Assembly (NCBI GenBank): GCA_050311575.1 | Contig: JBNOKO010000001.1 | Coordinates: 722,239-786,238, forward strand | Direction of reading: 5' to 3' | Length of the DNA stretch: 64,000 nucleotides | Origin: Candidatus Krakonobacterium acarorum | GTDB lineage: Bacteria > Bacteroidota > Bacteroidia > SolTP2 | Shown here: positions 42,342 through 53,646 of the stretch, piece by piece | Numbering within the stretch: position 1 is the first letter of the stretch | Layout of the letters: each line of letters begins with the position of its first letter | Notes under the pieces: model-generated | Database searches by the model: none | What the model was told of the DNA's origin: nothing | What the model saw: the letters and a program-made list of their open reading frames with translations, nothing else | Made by a program: the position numbers and the translations under genes

Positions 42342-43814
42342 ATGAGCAATAATGAATCTAAATTCACTTTTTTAGGATTAACCTACGACGATGTATTACT
42401 TATACCTGCTTATTCGGAAGTGCTTCCTAGAGATGTTAATATAAGATCTTTTCTTACTAAAGATATAAAAATAAATATACCAATATTATCGGCTGCTATG
42501 GATACCGTAACGGAATCTAGCATGGCAATAGCAATGGCTCAACAAGGCGGTATAGGTATAATCCACAAAAATATGTCGATTGACGAGCAAAGTGAGCAAA
42601 TTAGATTAGTAAAAAGATCGGAAAGTGGGATGATTTTAGATCCTATAACTTTACATGAAGATGCTACAATTAAGCAGGCTTTAAAGATAATGAGTGAAAA
42701 CAAGATAGGGGGTATACCTATAGTAAATCATTCTAATCAACTAATAGGGATAATAACTAATAGAGATCTTAGGTTTGAATCTAACTTAAAACTTAAGATA
42801 AAAGATGTAATGACTTCAGAAAGGCTTATAACAGCTTCTATAGATACAGATTTAAAGCAGGCTGAAGGTATTTTGCAAAAAAGTAAAATAGAAAAATTGC
42901 CTCTTGTTAACGATAATAATGAGCTCTGTGGATTAATAACGTTCAAAGACATACAAAAGTATAAGTCTAATCCAAACGCTTGTAAAGACAGCCACGGCAG
43001 GCTAAGAGTAGGCGCAGCAGTAGGTACAGATGTCAATTCTGCAAAAAGAATAAAAGCTCTGGTAGATGCCAATGTGGATGTAATTGTAATAGATACTGCT
43101 CATGGACACAGTAAGTTGGTATTAGAGCAAATAAAATCTATAAGAAAACAATATCCTAATTTGCAAATTATAGCTGGTAACGTAGCAACTCCTGAAGGAA
43201 CTGAAGCTTTAATCCAGGCAGGTGTAGATGCTGTAAAAGTTGGTATAGGCCCTGGCTCTATATGCACAACACGGATAATATCTGGTGTAGGTATGCCGCA
43301 GTTAAGTGCCGTATACAGGTGCGGGCAGGTAGCAGGTAAATATAAAATTCCTATAATAGCCGATGGTGGTATTAACCAAACCGGAGATATCGCTAAAGCT
43401 ATAGCAGCCGGAGCAAGTTCTGTAATGATAGGTTCGTTATTTGCAGGCGTAGAAGAGTCTCCTGGAGAAACTATTATTTATGAAGGTAGAAAGTTTAAAG
43501 CATATCGTGGTATGGGTTCTTCTGAAGCGATGAGTAGTGGTTCAAGAGATAGATATTTTCAAGATAACGAAAAGGATATAAGCAAATTAGTTCCAGAAGG
43601 TATCGTTTCCAGAGTTCCTTACAATGGGAGTTTAGTAGAAGTATTACATCAATGTGTAGGGGGTCTAAGAGCGTCTATGGGTTATTGCGGTGCAGAAACA
43701 ATAAGTAAACTTCAACAGGCTAAATTCGTACAAATTACTATGGCCGGTATAAGGGAAAGCCATCCACATAGTGTAATAATCACAAAGGAAGCGCCAAATT
43801 ATTTTTCTAGATAA
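42342..43814 (+). CDS. guaB: IMP dehydrogenase
   Basis: Catalytic loop [15 protein letters not shown], tandem CBS domains and GGI..GDIAKA. Confidence 0.95.
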   Translation: MSNNESKFTFLGLTYDDVLLIPAYSEVLPRDVNIRSFLTKDIKINIPILSAAMDTVTESSMAIAMAQQGGIGIIHKNMSIDEQSEQIRLVKRSESGMILDPITLHEDATIKQALKIMSENKIGGIPIVNHSNQLIGIITNRDLRFESNLKLKIKDVMTSERLITASIDTDLKQAEGILQKSKIEKLPLVNDNNELCGLITFKDIQKYKSNPNACKDSHGRLRVGAAVGTDVNSAKRIKALVDANVDVIVIDTAHGHSKLVLEQIKSIRKQYPNLQIIAGNVATPEGTEALIQAGVDAVKVGIGPGSICTTRIISGVGMPQLSAVYRCGQVAGKYKIPIIADGGINQTGDIAKAIAAGASSVMIGSLFAGVEESPGETIIYEGRKFKAYRGMGSSEAMSSGSRDRYFQDNEKDISKLVPEGIVSRVPYNGSLVEVLHQCVGGLRASMGYCGAETISKLQQAKFVQITMAGIRESHPHSVIITKEAPNYFSR

Positions 43815-43823
43815 ATAGTTTTA

Positions 43824-45158
43824 ATGAAATATATATCTATACACGATCTTTATAACATATACTTAAAAAATACAGAGATAAGTATAGATTCGCGCTGTAT
43901 AGTTAAAGACAGTATATTTGTTGCAATTAAAGGAAAAAATTTTAATGGAAATCAATTTGCTGACCAAGCAATTAAACTAGGGGCTGGTTATGCTTTAGTT
44001 GATGACGCTTCTATAAACTATAAAAACAAAGATCAAATATTATTTGTAGAAAATTCATTGCAAAGTTTAGTTGAACTGGCAAAATTACATCGCGACCACA
44101 TAAAAGTACCGGTTATTGCGATAACGGGGACATCTGGAAAAACAACAACAAAAAATTTAATATCTGCTTTATTATCAACAAAATATAAATTATTATCCAC
44201 AAAAGGGAATTTAAATAGTAATATAGGGTTACCTTTAACTATCCTAAAAATTAAGCCGGAGCACCAGATAGTAGTGCTGGAAATGGGAGCCGACCAAATA
44301 GGGGATATAGAAAATAAATGTAATATCGCTAAACCGTCCCACGGGCTAATAACAATAATAGGTAAAGCTCATATAATAAGTTTTGGGTCGCTAGATAATA
44401 TAAAAAGAACCAAAGCAGAATTATATAAATATTTGTTAGATAATAAAGGCCTGGCTTTTGTAAACAGCGACGACAAAATGCTTATGGATTTGTCTGAAAC
44501 AATAGATAAAAAAATATTTTATGGTACAGATGCTGATAAAATAAATACTATATATGGCCAAGTTCAATTTGTTGAAAATAAAATACAGATAAAATGGAAA
44601 GCTTCCAGCGATAATAGTCCAAATTTCCATAGCGTTAATACCAATATGACAGGCACTTATAATTTATTAAACTGCCTGGCATCTATAGCGGTTGCCAAAC
44701 ATTTTAAGGTCCCTGACGACTCAATTAACTACGCTTTATCGGAGTTTAAACCTACCGATATGAGATCTGAGTTAATACATACTAATAAAAACAACACCGT
44801 AATAAATGATACTTACAACGCAAATCCATTAAGCATGAGCGAAGCATTAAAATCTTTTTCGTCGATGCAGGCAAAACAAAAAATAGCAATAATTGGGGAT
44901 ATGCTAGAGATGGGCAAATATGCCTTTCAAGAGCATGAAAAAATTATACAACTAGTCCAACACCTTAATATTAAAACTATAGTATTTATAGGAGAAGAAT
45001 TTTATAGTCTTAGGGAATTGTTTAAAGGCAGTAACAAATTGGAATTCTTTAAGAATATTAGTTTAGCCAAATCTTATGCTGACAATATATATAACTCACA
45101 TGTACTAATAAAAGCTTCTAGAGCATTGTCATTAGAAAATTTAATAAAGAATTTATAG
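43824..45158 (+). CDS. murF: UDP-N-acetylmuramoyl-tripeptide--D-alanyl-D-alanine ligase
   Basis: Mur ligase P-loop ITGTSGKTTTKNL and Mur-ligase middle and C-terminal domains. Follows guaB after 9 bp. Confidence 0.85.
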   Translation: MKYISIHDLYNIYLKNTEISIDSRCIVKDSIFVAIKGKNFNGNQFADQAIKLGAGYALVDDASINYKNKDQILFVENSLQSLVELAKLHRDHIKVPVIAITGTSGKTTTKNLISALLSTKYKLLSTKGNLNSNIGLPLTILKIKPEHQIVVLEMGADQIGDIENKCNIAKPSHGLITIIGKAHIISFGSLDNIKRTKAELYKYLLDNKGLAFVNSDDKMLMDLSETIDKKIFYGTDADKINTIYGQVQFVENKIQIKWKASSDNSPNFHSVNTNMTGTYNLLNCLASIAVAKHFKVPDDSINYALSEFKPTDMRSELIHTNKNNTVINDTYNANPLSMSEALKSFSSMQAKQKIAIIGDMLEMGKYAFQEHEKIIQLVQHLNIKTIVFIGEEFYSLRELFKGSNKLEFFKNISLAKSYADNIYNSHVLIKASRALSLENLIKNL

Positions 45159-45266
45159 TTAGTTATACACAAATCAACTGATTGATACCTAATATGCTGC
45201 CTATTTAGTTAATCTTTTAATGTTTCAAGGACTAAACATTAAAGAAATGTATTTTAGGATTAACGC

Positions 45267-46244
45267 TTATTTATCTAAAACCCACAAAGTTGCGTTGGTT
45301 AGTATATTGCTGACTTCATTAATATTAACTGGTTCTGCATGCACCTCGTAAAGTTCCTGACCTGGTTCATAATTAGGATAAGCAGTTGTGATATCTGCAT
45401 AGCTTGTTAATTGCTTAATATAAGTAATAGTTCCATCTATAGTAGTCTTAGCATTATAAGATGTTTTTAATTTTATAATGTCTTTAATATGCCATTTGTT
45501 AATTTTTGATGCAGGTGCAGTAAATCTAAAATAAATTTTATTTGGAAGATAACCAGTAAAAATGCCATACCCGGGCAGAGCCAATTCACCTGCTTGCAAA
45601 GCGATACTTTCTATACTGAAATTATCCGGGGCAATGATAAATCGTTCGTTTTTTGCTGCCAAAGCTTCTTTTAAGGCGCCATGAGCTCTATTAAGCTGTC
45701 CTAATGCCATAGTTTTTTCTTCGGAGCGTACTCCTCCGGTTTTAACATATTTAAGTTGTGCATTAACGGCGTCAAATTGCGCTTTAGCGCCTTGATATTT
45801 TGCATATACTTCGTCGTATTGTTGTGCAGGTATAAGGTTTTCATTGAACATAGCTTTTACTCTATTGAGAGATTTTTTAGCAAAATCAAACTGAGCTTTA
45901 ATCCCCCTGTATTTTGCTTGTAATTGATCTAGATCGGACGAGGTTGCTCCTTTTTTTGCCATATTATACTGTGCCTGTGCAGCTTCAACAGCACCTTGAG
46001 CTTGCAATATTTTAGCATCGATTTCAGGTGTGCTAATTTCAGCTAAAGTATCTCCTTTCTGAACCACGTCCGATTCTTTTACAAGTATATTTACAATGCG
46101 GCCCGGGATTTTGGATGCTATAGTAATAGTGTCTCTTTTAAGTTTAGCTTCTATTAAATTTTCTTTATTATTTTGCTTCTTGCAGCTAATTCCGAACAAT
46201 ACATATAAATGTAGAATTACTACCAACAGAGTTTTATATTTCAT
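45267..46244 (-). CDS. HlyD-family periplasmic adaptor (membrane fusion protein)
   Basis: N-terminal anchor, a long coiled-coil hairpin (AQGAVEAAQAQYNMAKK...AKYQGAKAQFDAVNAQL) and a beta-barrel C-terminus. Overlaps the tolC-like gene by 4 bp. Confidence 0.7.
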   Translation of the reverse strand: MKYKTLLVVILHLYVLFGISCKKQNNKENLIEAKLKRDTITIASKIPGRIVNILVKESDVVQKGDTLAEISTPEIDAKILQAQGAVEAAQAQYNMAKKGATSSDLDQLQAKYRGIKAQFDFAKKSLNRVKAMFNENLIPAQQYDEVYAKYQGAKAQFDAVNAQLKYVKTGGVRSEEKTMALGQLNRAHGALKEALAAKNERFIIAPDNFSIESIALQAGELALPGYGIFTGYLPNKIYFRFTAPASKINKWHIKDIIKLKTSYNAKTTIDGTITYIKQLTSYADITTAYPNYEPGQELYEVHAEPVNINEVSNILTNATLWVLDK

Positions 46245-47632
46245 AGGTTAATATTTTCTATAGATAATTGATTTGTTGATTGAAAAAATTTTATTGCTGC
46301 TAATCGCTGGTCATAAATAGCCTGTAAATATTCGAGTTCAGATAGTTGCATATTGGCTTCGGCTTCCAGTCTATCATTAATACTATTTAAGCCATATTTA
46401 TATTTGTTCGTTTCTATAACTAAAATATCTTTAGTTAGTTGAAGCTCTTCATCTTTAAGTTTTAATTTTGAACCGGATAATTCATAGTCTCCTTTAGTTT
46501 TATATACGTTTAACTGCAGTAGCTCTTTAGCTTTCTCTTTCTTAGTTTCAGCCTGTTTTATGTCTGCCTTAGTTTGTTGAATTTCTATACGACTATTAAA
46601 TCCATCGAATATATCCCATTTTAATCCAATTCCAATTAACATATTTGGGCCGGTTGATATATATTTGCTTGTAAAACTTATATCATTAACCAGGCCAGTT
46701 AATTTTCCATTAAAAGACTGAGCATAATTTATTTGTCCAAGTAGTTGTATTTTCGGTATTACCCATGTCTCAGATGCTTTTAAATAATAACTATAAGCCT
46801 TTATAGCTTCGTTTAAAGCTTTAATTTCGGGTCTGTTATCCGTATTAATTTCAATCTCAGTTGGTAATTTAGATGGTAATAGTTTTGTTTCTATGTTTTT
46901 TAATTCCGTTTCGCTGTAGTGCGTTAGTTGCTCTAAACGTTTAAAAAGAAGCATTTTATTGTTTTGATACTCTATATTCTTGGATTCTAATTTTATCTGA
47001 GCAACTTTTAATTTTTGTAAATCGGAATTTATAGCTAGTCCTACTTCTACAGCTTTTTTAACCCTTTTTTGTTCAGAATTTAAGCGTTCTTTGCTTTTTA
47101 GAAGTACCTTTTTAGCTTCATTTAGCAATGCAATTTTATAATATAATTCTGTTACCTCTAGTATTATATCTTCTTGTATTTTAGTGTGCATATTTTTTTG
47201 GACTTGTATCTTATGTTTTAGGCTTTCCTTTAACATAGGGATTTTACCGCCAGAATATATAAGCCATTTTACATTTAAAGAGCCGCCAATTTTAGGGCTG
47301 TTGGCTTGTATGGTAATAGGCTTAGAGAATAATTTAATATCGGGAAAATTATTTGGGAAAGGTATATATTCCGGCAAAGCCATACGTACCTTTTCGTTGC
47401 TATATGCACCAAGCATACTAATGCTAACAGTTGGTATATATTTATATTTTAATAAATTATTATTAAGATCAAGTTTTGTTATTTCGTTCTTAGAAATTTC
47501 CAGATCGTAATTTTTATTCAAGGCAGAGCTTAGCAATTGGTTTAAGGTTATAGGCTCTTGCGCTAATAATCTAATACAAATTGTCAATATACAAGTTATT
47601 GACACTAAAATGGATTTAAAGATCATCTGCAT
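46241..47632 (-). CDS. TolC-family outer-membrane efflux protein
   Basis: Signal peptide and two repeated coiled-coil/beta-strand halves, each with a tyrosine-containing block; TolC-family size. Confidence 0.7.
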   Translation of the reverse strand: MQMIFKSILVSITCILTICIRLLAQEPITLNQLLSSALNKNYDLEISKNEITKLDLNNNLLKYKYIPTVSISMLGAYSNEKVRMALPEYIPFPNNFPDIKLFSKPITIQANSPKIGGSLNVKWLIYSGGKIPMLKESLKHKIQVQKNMHTKIQEDIILEVTELYYKIALLNEAKKVLLKSKERLNSEQKRVKKAVEVGLAINSDLQKLKVAQIKLESKNIEYQNNKMLLFKRLEQLTHYSETELKNIETKLLPSKLPTEIEINTDNRPEIKALNEAIKAYSYYLKASETWVIPKIQLLGQINYAQSFNGKLTGLVNDISFTSKYISTGPNMLIGIGLKWDIFDGFNSRIEIQQTKADIKQAETKKEKAKELLQLNVYKTKGDYELSGSKLKLKDEELQLTKDILVIETNKYKYGLNSINDRLEAEANMQLSELEYLQAIYDQRLAAIKFFQSTNQLSIENINL

Positions 47633-47859
47633 ATTAGTTTGTTTAATTTGGCTTGTGCAACTTGGCAGGTAAATAAATTGTCACTAATATATTAAAATAA
47701 TATGTAGTTATTGTAAAAAAATGCATCATGTTAATTAGTTGTATTCTAAAACCTAAATTTGGATTAGCAAAGGCTATAATCTTAAATAATTAGTATCTTT
47801 CGTTAATAAGAAAACGATTTTAGGAAATATACTATAAACAATTAAACTCTTATTAGTGT

Positions 47860-48930
47860 ATGCAGGGGAATACATTTGGTAGAATTTTTTCTATAACAAC
47901 ATTTGGGGAATCGCATGGTAAGGCTATTGGGGTAGTAATCGATGGTTGTCCATCAGGCTTAAAAATAGATATAGATTTTATACAAAGCGAGCTTGACAGG
48001 CGCAGGCCTGGACAATCGAGTATAACCAGCGCGCGTAAGGAAGAAGATTTTATAACTATATTATCAGGTACGGATCAGAATATAACAACAGGTGCTCCGA
48101 TCGCTATAATTATTTATAATCAAGATCAAAAACCTGCGGATTACGATTTTAATAAAGATAAATTTAGGCCATCGCATGCTGACTATACATACTATAAAAA
48201 ATACGGCCTTAGAGATTTTAAAGGTGGAGGAAGGCAATCGGCCCGTGAAACAGCTGCCAGAGTAGCAGCAGGAGCTATCGCTAAGCTAATACTCAAAAAA
48301 TATGGTGTATCTATAAATGCTTTTGTGAGTACTGTAGGAAAGATAAGCATGGAAAGTAATATAGAAAACGTTCATTTAGATGCAATAGATGCAACTATCG
48401 TTAGGTGCCCGGATATAGAAATAGCTAACAAAATGATTGATTATATTTTAGATATTAAAAATAAAGGGGACAGTGTTGGAGGCATAATAACATGCATTAT
48501 CAAAGGAACTCCGGTTGGTCTGGGAGAGCCGGTTTTCGACAAGCTGCACGCCGATCTAGCCAAAGCGATAATGAGTATACAGGCAGTTAAAGGGTTTGAA
48601 TATGGATCAGGCTTTAATAGCGTAACAATGCTTGGCTCTGAACATAACGATATATTTAGTACGGGTTTTAGGACACAAACAAATAACTCTGGAGGCATAC
48701 AAGGGGGGATAAGTAATGGAGAAAACATTTATTTTAAAGCAGCCTTTAAACCTGTATCAACAATAATGAAAGAGCAGGAAACAATAGATATCAATGGTAA
48801 CAAAACTACGATACAGGCAAAGGGAAGGCACGATCCCTGCGTTGTTCCCAGAGCTGTACCGATAGTAGAAGCTATGTCAGCTATCGTTATAGTTGACCAT
48901 ATCCTAAGAAATAAAAATGCTCAGCTGTAG
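47860..48930 (+). CDS. aroC: chorismate synthase
   Basis: N-terminal FGESHG and the [19 protein letters not shown] and [13 protein letters not shown] blocks. Confidence 0.95.
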   Translation: MQGNTFGRIFSITTFGESHGKAIGVVIDGCPSGLKIDIDFIQSELDRRRPGQSSITSARKEEDFITILSGTDQNITTGAPIAIIIYNQDQKPADYDFNKDKFRPSHADYTYYKKYGLRDFKGGGRQSARETAARVAAGAIAKLILKKYGVSINAFVSTVGKISMESNIENVHLDAIDATIVRCPDIEIANKMIDYILDIKNKGDSVGGIITCIIKGTPVGLGEPVFDKLHADLAKAIMSIQAVKGFEYGSGFNSVTMLGSEHNDIFSTGFRTQTNNSGGIQGGISNGENIYFKAAFKPVSTIMKEQETIDINGNKTTIQAKGRHDPCVVPRAVPIVEAMSAIVIVDHILRNKNAQL

Positions 48931-48966
48931 CTTAAATAAGCCTATGAAACTAAAATAAATATAAGA

Positions 48967-49491
48967 ATGGAAGAAAAAATTATACTTGAAGGGGACAAAT
49001 TTTTAGTTGTCCTTAAGCGTTTGTCATATCAAATTATAGAGGATGAAGACGATTTATCCGGCTTAGTGATTATTGGCATCCAACCTAGAGGAATAGAAGT
49101 AGCAAAAAAAATCCATAGTATACTAAAGCAAGAGACAGGAGCGCTGAAAATACCATTTGGCATGCTCGATCCTACACTATTTAGGGACGATTTACATACA
49201 AATAATATGGTACAAGTAAATAGAAGTAGTTTAGATATAGATATAGAAAACAAGAGGATAATATTAATCGACGATGTATTGTACACTGGTAGGACGGTGC
49301 GTGCCGCTATGGAATCTTTATTAAGTTATGGCCGACCAGGTAAAATAAAATTTTTATGTCTTGTAGAAAGACGCTTTGCCAGAGATCTACCCATAAAAAG
49401 TGATTATACAGGGTTAAAAGTAGATACCATAGCATCGCAGAAAGTAAAGGTTAGGATCAACGAAACACAAAATATCGTATCATTAACTTAA
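48967..49491 (+). CDS. pyrR: bifunctional pyrimidine operon regulator / uracil phosphoribosyltransferase PyrR
   Basis: PRT motif IILIDDVLYTGRTVRAAM. Length 174 aa. Immediately upstream of pyrB. Confidence 0.85.
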   Translation: MEEKIILEGDKFLVVLKRLSYQIIEDEDDLSGLVIIGIQPRGIEVAKKIHSILKQETGALKIPFGMLDPTLFRDDLHTNNMVQVNRSSLDIDIENKRIILIDDVLYTGRTVRAAMESLLSYGRPGKIKFLCLVERRFARDLPIKSDYTGLKVDTIASQKVKVRINETQNIVSLT

Positions 49492-49520
49492 TCAATCCAT
49501 AATAATTTTAGATTAATACG

Positions 49521-49528
49521 CTATATTT
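49521..49528 (+). promoter_or_regulatory. Bacteroidota-type -7 promoter box TATATTTG upstream of pyrB
   Basis: Matches TAnnTTTG, 19 nt before the pyrB ATG. A second overlapping TAAAATTTG copy follows. Confidence 0.25.
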
Positions 49529-49546
49529 GAAAAAAATAAAATTTGC

Positions 49547-50473
49547 ATGTTAGAAGCAAAACATCTTATAGGAATAAAATATTTAAGCCCACAAGATATT
49601 TATACAATTTTTAAACAAGCTGATATTTTTAAGGAAGTTTTACAAAGGCCAATAAAAAAAATACCTTCGTTAAAACACATAACAATCGCTAACTTATTTT
49701 TCGAAAATTCTACTCGCACCAGAGTATCATTTGAGTTGGCGCAAAAGCGCTTGTCTGCCGATATTATTAACTTTAATGGATCAGCATCATCCCTAAGTAA
49801 AGGCGAAACCTTACTAGATACAGTCAAAAATATATTGGCAATGAAAGTGGATATGTTGGTAATAAGAAATAAATTTGAAGGTACATGCGAATTAGTCTCT
49901 AAATATACCAATGCTATTGTAATTAACGCTGGCGATGGCGCAAACGAACACCCTACGCAAGGGTTATTAGACGCTTATTCATTGATACAACATTTAGGCG
50001 ATTTAAAATCTAAACGTATTGCGATAATAGGAGATATTCTACACTCTCGGGTAGCCATGTCTTCCATATATTGTTTAAAGAAACTTGGAGCCGAAATTAC
50101 ATTGTGTGCCCCTAGCACTTTGATACCTGAAAATATAGAACAACTAGGCGTAAATATAACATATAACATAGAAGAAGCTATTAGATGGTGCGATGCTGCA
50201 AATGTTTTACGAATTCAAAATGAAAGATTCCAAAGTCGATATTTTCCTTCGCTTAGAGAATACACTATGGCATTTTGTTTGAATCAGAATCTACTAAAAA
50301 AAGTAAAAAAGCAAATAATTATAATGCATCCTGGACCTATTAATAGAGGCGTTGAAATCACTAGTGAAGTAGCTGACTCCAACGATTCTATAATATTACA
50401 ACAAGTAGAAAATGGGGTAGCCATACGTATGGCGATAATATATCTTTTAGCACAAAATAAAATTAATAAATGA
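49547..50473 (+). CDS. pyrB: aspartate carbamoyltransferase catalytic subunit
   Basis: STRTRVSFE carbamoyl-phosphate motif and the HPGP/HPLP region. Ends with TGA in an ATGA overlap with folD. Confidence 0.9.
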   Translation: MLEAKHLIGIKYLSPQDIYTIFKQADIFKEVLQRPIKKIPSLKHITIANLFFENSTRTRVSFELAQKRLSADIINFNGSASSLSKGETLLDTVKNILAMKVDMLVIRNKFEGTCELVSKYTNAIVINAGDGANEHPTQGLLDAYSLIQHLGDLKSKRIAIIGDILHSRVAMSSIYCLKKLGAEITLCAPSTLIPENIEQLGVNITYNIEEAIRWCDAANVLRIQNERFQSRYFPSLREYTMAFCLNQNLLKKVKKQIIIMHPGPINRGVEITSEVADSNDSIILQQVENGVAIRMAIIYLLAQNKINK

Positions 50474-51342
50474 AGATACTTGATGGGCTTGCAGCCTCTA
50501 AAAATTTACAGAGTCAATTATTAAAAGATATAGAAATTGCTGGCAACCTAATTAATAGAAGGCCAAGAATAGCTATTGTCCTAATAGGAGATAATCCAGC
50601 TAGTAAAATATACGTTTCCAATAAGCAAAAAACCTGCGCGAGTGTGGGCATAGAAGCCATTTTGTATAGCTATGACAGCAGTATTACGGAAGATTCCTTA
50701 ATAGCCGTTATTAATAAACTGAACAAAGACGAGCAAATAGATGGTATTATTATACAGCAGCCATTACCTAAGCATATAAATGAAGAAACTCTGGTACAGT
50801 TAATATCTCCAGATAAAGATATAGATGGATTCCACCCGTTAAATTTAGGTAAAATGCAGCGTAACGACCCCACAGCGATTCTACCTGCGACCCCTTATGG
50901 TATTACCCTTCTTATGGACTATTACGGTATAGAAACAATAGGGAAACATTGTGTTGTATTAGGCAGAAGCTTAATAGTAGGGTCGCCAATAAGCGTATTA
51001 ATGGCTCGAAACAATCCCAAAGCTAACTCTACAGTTACTTTAGTACACAGTAGCACAAAAGATCCTGTAAATTACACAAAACAAGCAGATATACTAATAG
51101 TTGCGATAGGTAAAAGTAATTATGTAACTGCGGATATGGTAAAGGAAGGAGTAGTAATAATAGATGTTGGCATCAATAGGGTAAAACAAGGAGAGAAAAA
51201 TATAATAACAGGAGATGTTAATTTCAACTCGGTTGCAAGCAAAGCATCTGCTATTACGCCAGTACCTAAAGGAATAGGACCTATGACTATTTTTGCTCTC
51301 TTAAAAAATACAGTAAATGCAATAAAAATAAAATATTCATAA
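50470..51342 (+). CDS. folD: bifunctional methylenetetrahydrofolate dehydrogenase / methenyltetrahydrofolate cyclohydrolase
   Basis: YVSNKQKTC and GRSLIVGSPISVLM blocks. Length 290 aa. Confidence 0.9.
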   Translation: MKILDGLAASKNLQSQLLKDIEIAGNLINRRPRIAIVLIGDNPASKIYVSNKQKTCASVGIEAILYSYDSSITEDSLIAVINKLNKDEQIDGIIIQQPLPKHINEETLVQLISPDKDIDGFHPLNLGKMQRNDPTAILPATPYGITLLMDYYGIETIGKHCVVLGRSLIVGSPISVLMARNNPKANSTVTLVHSSTKDPVNYTKQADILIVAIGKSNYVTADMVKEGVVIIDVGINRVKQGEKNIITGDVNFNSVASKASAITPVPKGIGPMTIFALLKNTVNAIKIKYS

Positions 51343-51393
51343 ATAATATTTATATATAATAAAAAATATACTTTACTTACTTTAATTATAACG

Positions 51394-52005
51394 ATGAATA
51401 AGAATATAATATTATTGTTAATGCCATTATTAGCTTTAGTTGGATGTTCAAAAAAAATAAATAGCCAACATCTTAATAGAAAACCAAAGCCGGCTACTAT
51501 ATATAATACGCCTAAACCATCTCCTGCAGAACAGTATATATATCAGTACGCTAAGTTGTCAATGAAAAAAATGCGTGACTACGGAATACCTGCAAGTATA
51601 ACTTTAGCTCAAGGGATTCTAGAATCAGCTAGTGGTAACAGCTATTTGGCGCGCAAAGGCAATAATCATTTTGGTATCAAAGTTAATAGTGAGTGGGATG
51701 GGCAATATATTATTAGGAAAGATGATCAAAGAAAAGATCGGTTTCGTAAATATAAATGTGTAGAAGAATGTTTTAATGATCATTCTATATTCTTGAAAAG
51801 GGCTCGTTATACAGATTTATTTAAATTAAAACCTACAGATTATAAAGGTTGGGCCCTTGGATTACAGGCTAAAGGGTATGCTACATCTAAAACCTATGCA
51901 CAAAGACTTATAGCAATTATTGAAAAATATAAACTCTATGATTACGATAAAATAGCTATGGGCGATTTTCAAGTAATGAGGGCTAAGAAAGCATCCACTA
52001 AGTAG
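51394..52005 (+). CDS. glucosaminidase-domain lipoprotein (FlgJ/LytD-like N-acetylglucosaminidase family)
   Basis: Lipoprotein signal (LALVGCSKK). The block ITLAQGILESASGNSYLARKGNNHFGIK matches the mannosyl-glycoprotein endo-beta-N-acetylglucosaminidase-like domain. Confidence 0.55.
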   Translation: MNKNIILLLMPLLALVGCSKKINSQHLNRKPKPATIYNTPKPSPAEQYIYQYAKLSMKKMRDYGIPASITLAQGILESASGNSYLARKGNNHFGIKVNSEWDGQYIIRKDDQRKDRFRKYKCVEECFNDHSIFLKRARYTDLFKLKPTDYKGWALGLQAKGYATSKTYAQRLIAIIEKYKLYDYDKIAMGDFQVMRAKKASTK

Positions 52006-52017
52006 ATAAAGCGACCA

Positions 52018-53028
52018 ATGTACAAATTTATAAAATTTATACTTTTTACCTTTGATGCTGAAAAAGCACATAAAATAGTTATAAATTCTTTAAAAATATT
52101 CAAATATATCCCAGGAGTATTCTTTATTATAAGAAATATTTATTGTAGAAGTAAAAGGAACCCTGTAGTAATAGATAACCTAATTTTTAAAAATAAAGTA
52201 GGTCTGGCAGCCGGGTTCGACAAGAATGCAGAGGTATTTAACGAATTATCTACGTTCGGTTTTTCTTTTATAGAGGTTGGAGCTATAACTCCAAAGCCCC
52301 AACAAGGAAATACGAAACCTCGTATTTTTAGACTTAAAAAAGATGAGGCAATAATAAACAGGATGGGGTTTAATAATATAGGCCTGGAAGAAGCAAAAAA
52401 AAATCTGAAGAAAAGTCGTAGAAAAGATTTAATAATAGGTTGTAATATAGGTAAAAATAAAACCACACCTAATGAACAAGCTATAAAAGATTATCTACAG
52501 TGTTTTAAAGACCTATTCCAGCTAGTCCATTATTTCTCTATAAATGTTAGTTCGCCTAATACGCCAGGTTTAAGAGATTTACAGCAATCAGATTTTCTGG
52601 ATTGTTTACTTAATAAATTACAAGAAGAAAATTATAATTATCCTGTACAAAAGCCAATTTTTCTTAAAATATCTCCAGATTTAGACTTTGAAGAAGTAGA
52701 TGCAATTATTGAAGTTGCTATTAAGAATAATATTACAGGTTTAGTAGTTTCTAATACAACTACTACAAGACCCGATACACTCCAGGAAACAAAACTTGCC
52801 GTAGAACAAGGGGGGTTAAGTGGCAAACCCATATGTACTTTAAATACTCAATTGATAAAATATATAGCGTCTAAGTCTTCACAAAAATTGAAAATAATTG
52901 CATCCGGAGGTATTTTTTCTGTAGAAGATGCAAAAGATAAATTAATGAACGGTGCTGATTTAATACAAATATATACTGGTTTTATATATAAAGGGCCGGC
53001 TCTTATAAAAGAATTAGCAAAGCTATAA
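52018..53028 (+). CDS. pyrD: dihydroorotate dehydrogenase (quinone), class 2
   Basis: N-terminal membrane-association helix, and the GLAAGFDKN, NIGKNK and SNTT blocks. Confidence 0.9.
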   Translation: MYKFIKFILFTFDAEKAHKIVINSLKIFKYIPGVFFIIRNIYCRSKRNPVVIDNLIFKNKVGLAAGFDKNAEVFNELSTFGFSFIEVGAITPKPQQGNTKPRIFRLKKDEAIINRMGFNNIGLEEAKKNLKKSRRKDLIIGCNIGKNKTTPNEQAIKDYLQCFKDLFQLVHYFSINVSSPNTPGLRDLQQSDFLDCLLNKLQEENYNYPVQKPIFLKISPDLDFEEVDAIIEVAIKNNITGLVVSNTTTTRPDTLQETKLAVEQGGLSGKPICTLNTQLIKYIASKSSQKLKIIASGGIFSVEDAKDKLMNGADLIQIYTGFIYKGPALIKELAKL

Positions 53029-53077
53029 GCAAAAATCATAATATTTTCTACCTATAGCTTCACTTTGATTCCGGTGA

Positions 53078-53497
53078 TTATCTTAAAATCTGTTCTGAAG
53101 CGTTATCTACATCAACTTTGTCTATAACTCTTGATATTTTATTGTTTTCTATTACATAAGTAATCCTTTTTGTTTTTCCATCTTGGTCTGCTCCATAGGC
53201 TTTGATAACTTCTCTATTAACATCACATAATAGTGGGAAAGATAAATTATTATCGTAAGAAAAGGTGTTGTTAGCATCTTGATCATCTGCACTTACGCCT
53301 AAAAGGGCAAAACCTTGGTTTTGTAGTTCGTCGATATTTTTTTGAAAGTTTTTAACTTCTTTAGTGCAACCGCCGGTACTTGCTTTTGGATAGAAGAACA
53401 GTACGAGTTTTTTATTTGCATAGTCTTTCATTGACCGTTCCATTCCGTGCTGATCTACGCCTTTAAAATCAGGCGCAGTTGAACCTTGTGTTAACAT
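53078..53497 (-). CDS. bcp: thiol peroxidase / peroxiredoxin Bcp
   Basis: Peroxidatic Cys motif (STGGCTKEV, compare TPGCT). Length 139 aa. Confidence 0.75.
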   Translation of the reverse strand: MLTQGSTAPDFKGVDQHGMERSMKDYANKKLVLFFYPKASTGGCTKEVKNFQKNIDELQNQGFALLGVSADDQDANNTFSYDNNLSFPLLCDVNREVIKAYGADQDGKTKRITYVIENNKISRVIDKVDVDNASEQILR

Positions 53498-53646
53498 AGT
53501 TATTAAAAAATTAATAGTTAATTATAAAATTGATTTATAGATATACAAAACTTAGATAAAATATATGCATATTTTGTAATATTGTACATTAAAGTAAGTG
53601 ACAAAATATCTGCCAAGATTTATAATAATTTTCTTAAATAAGTTAT

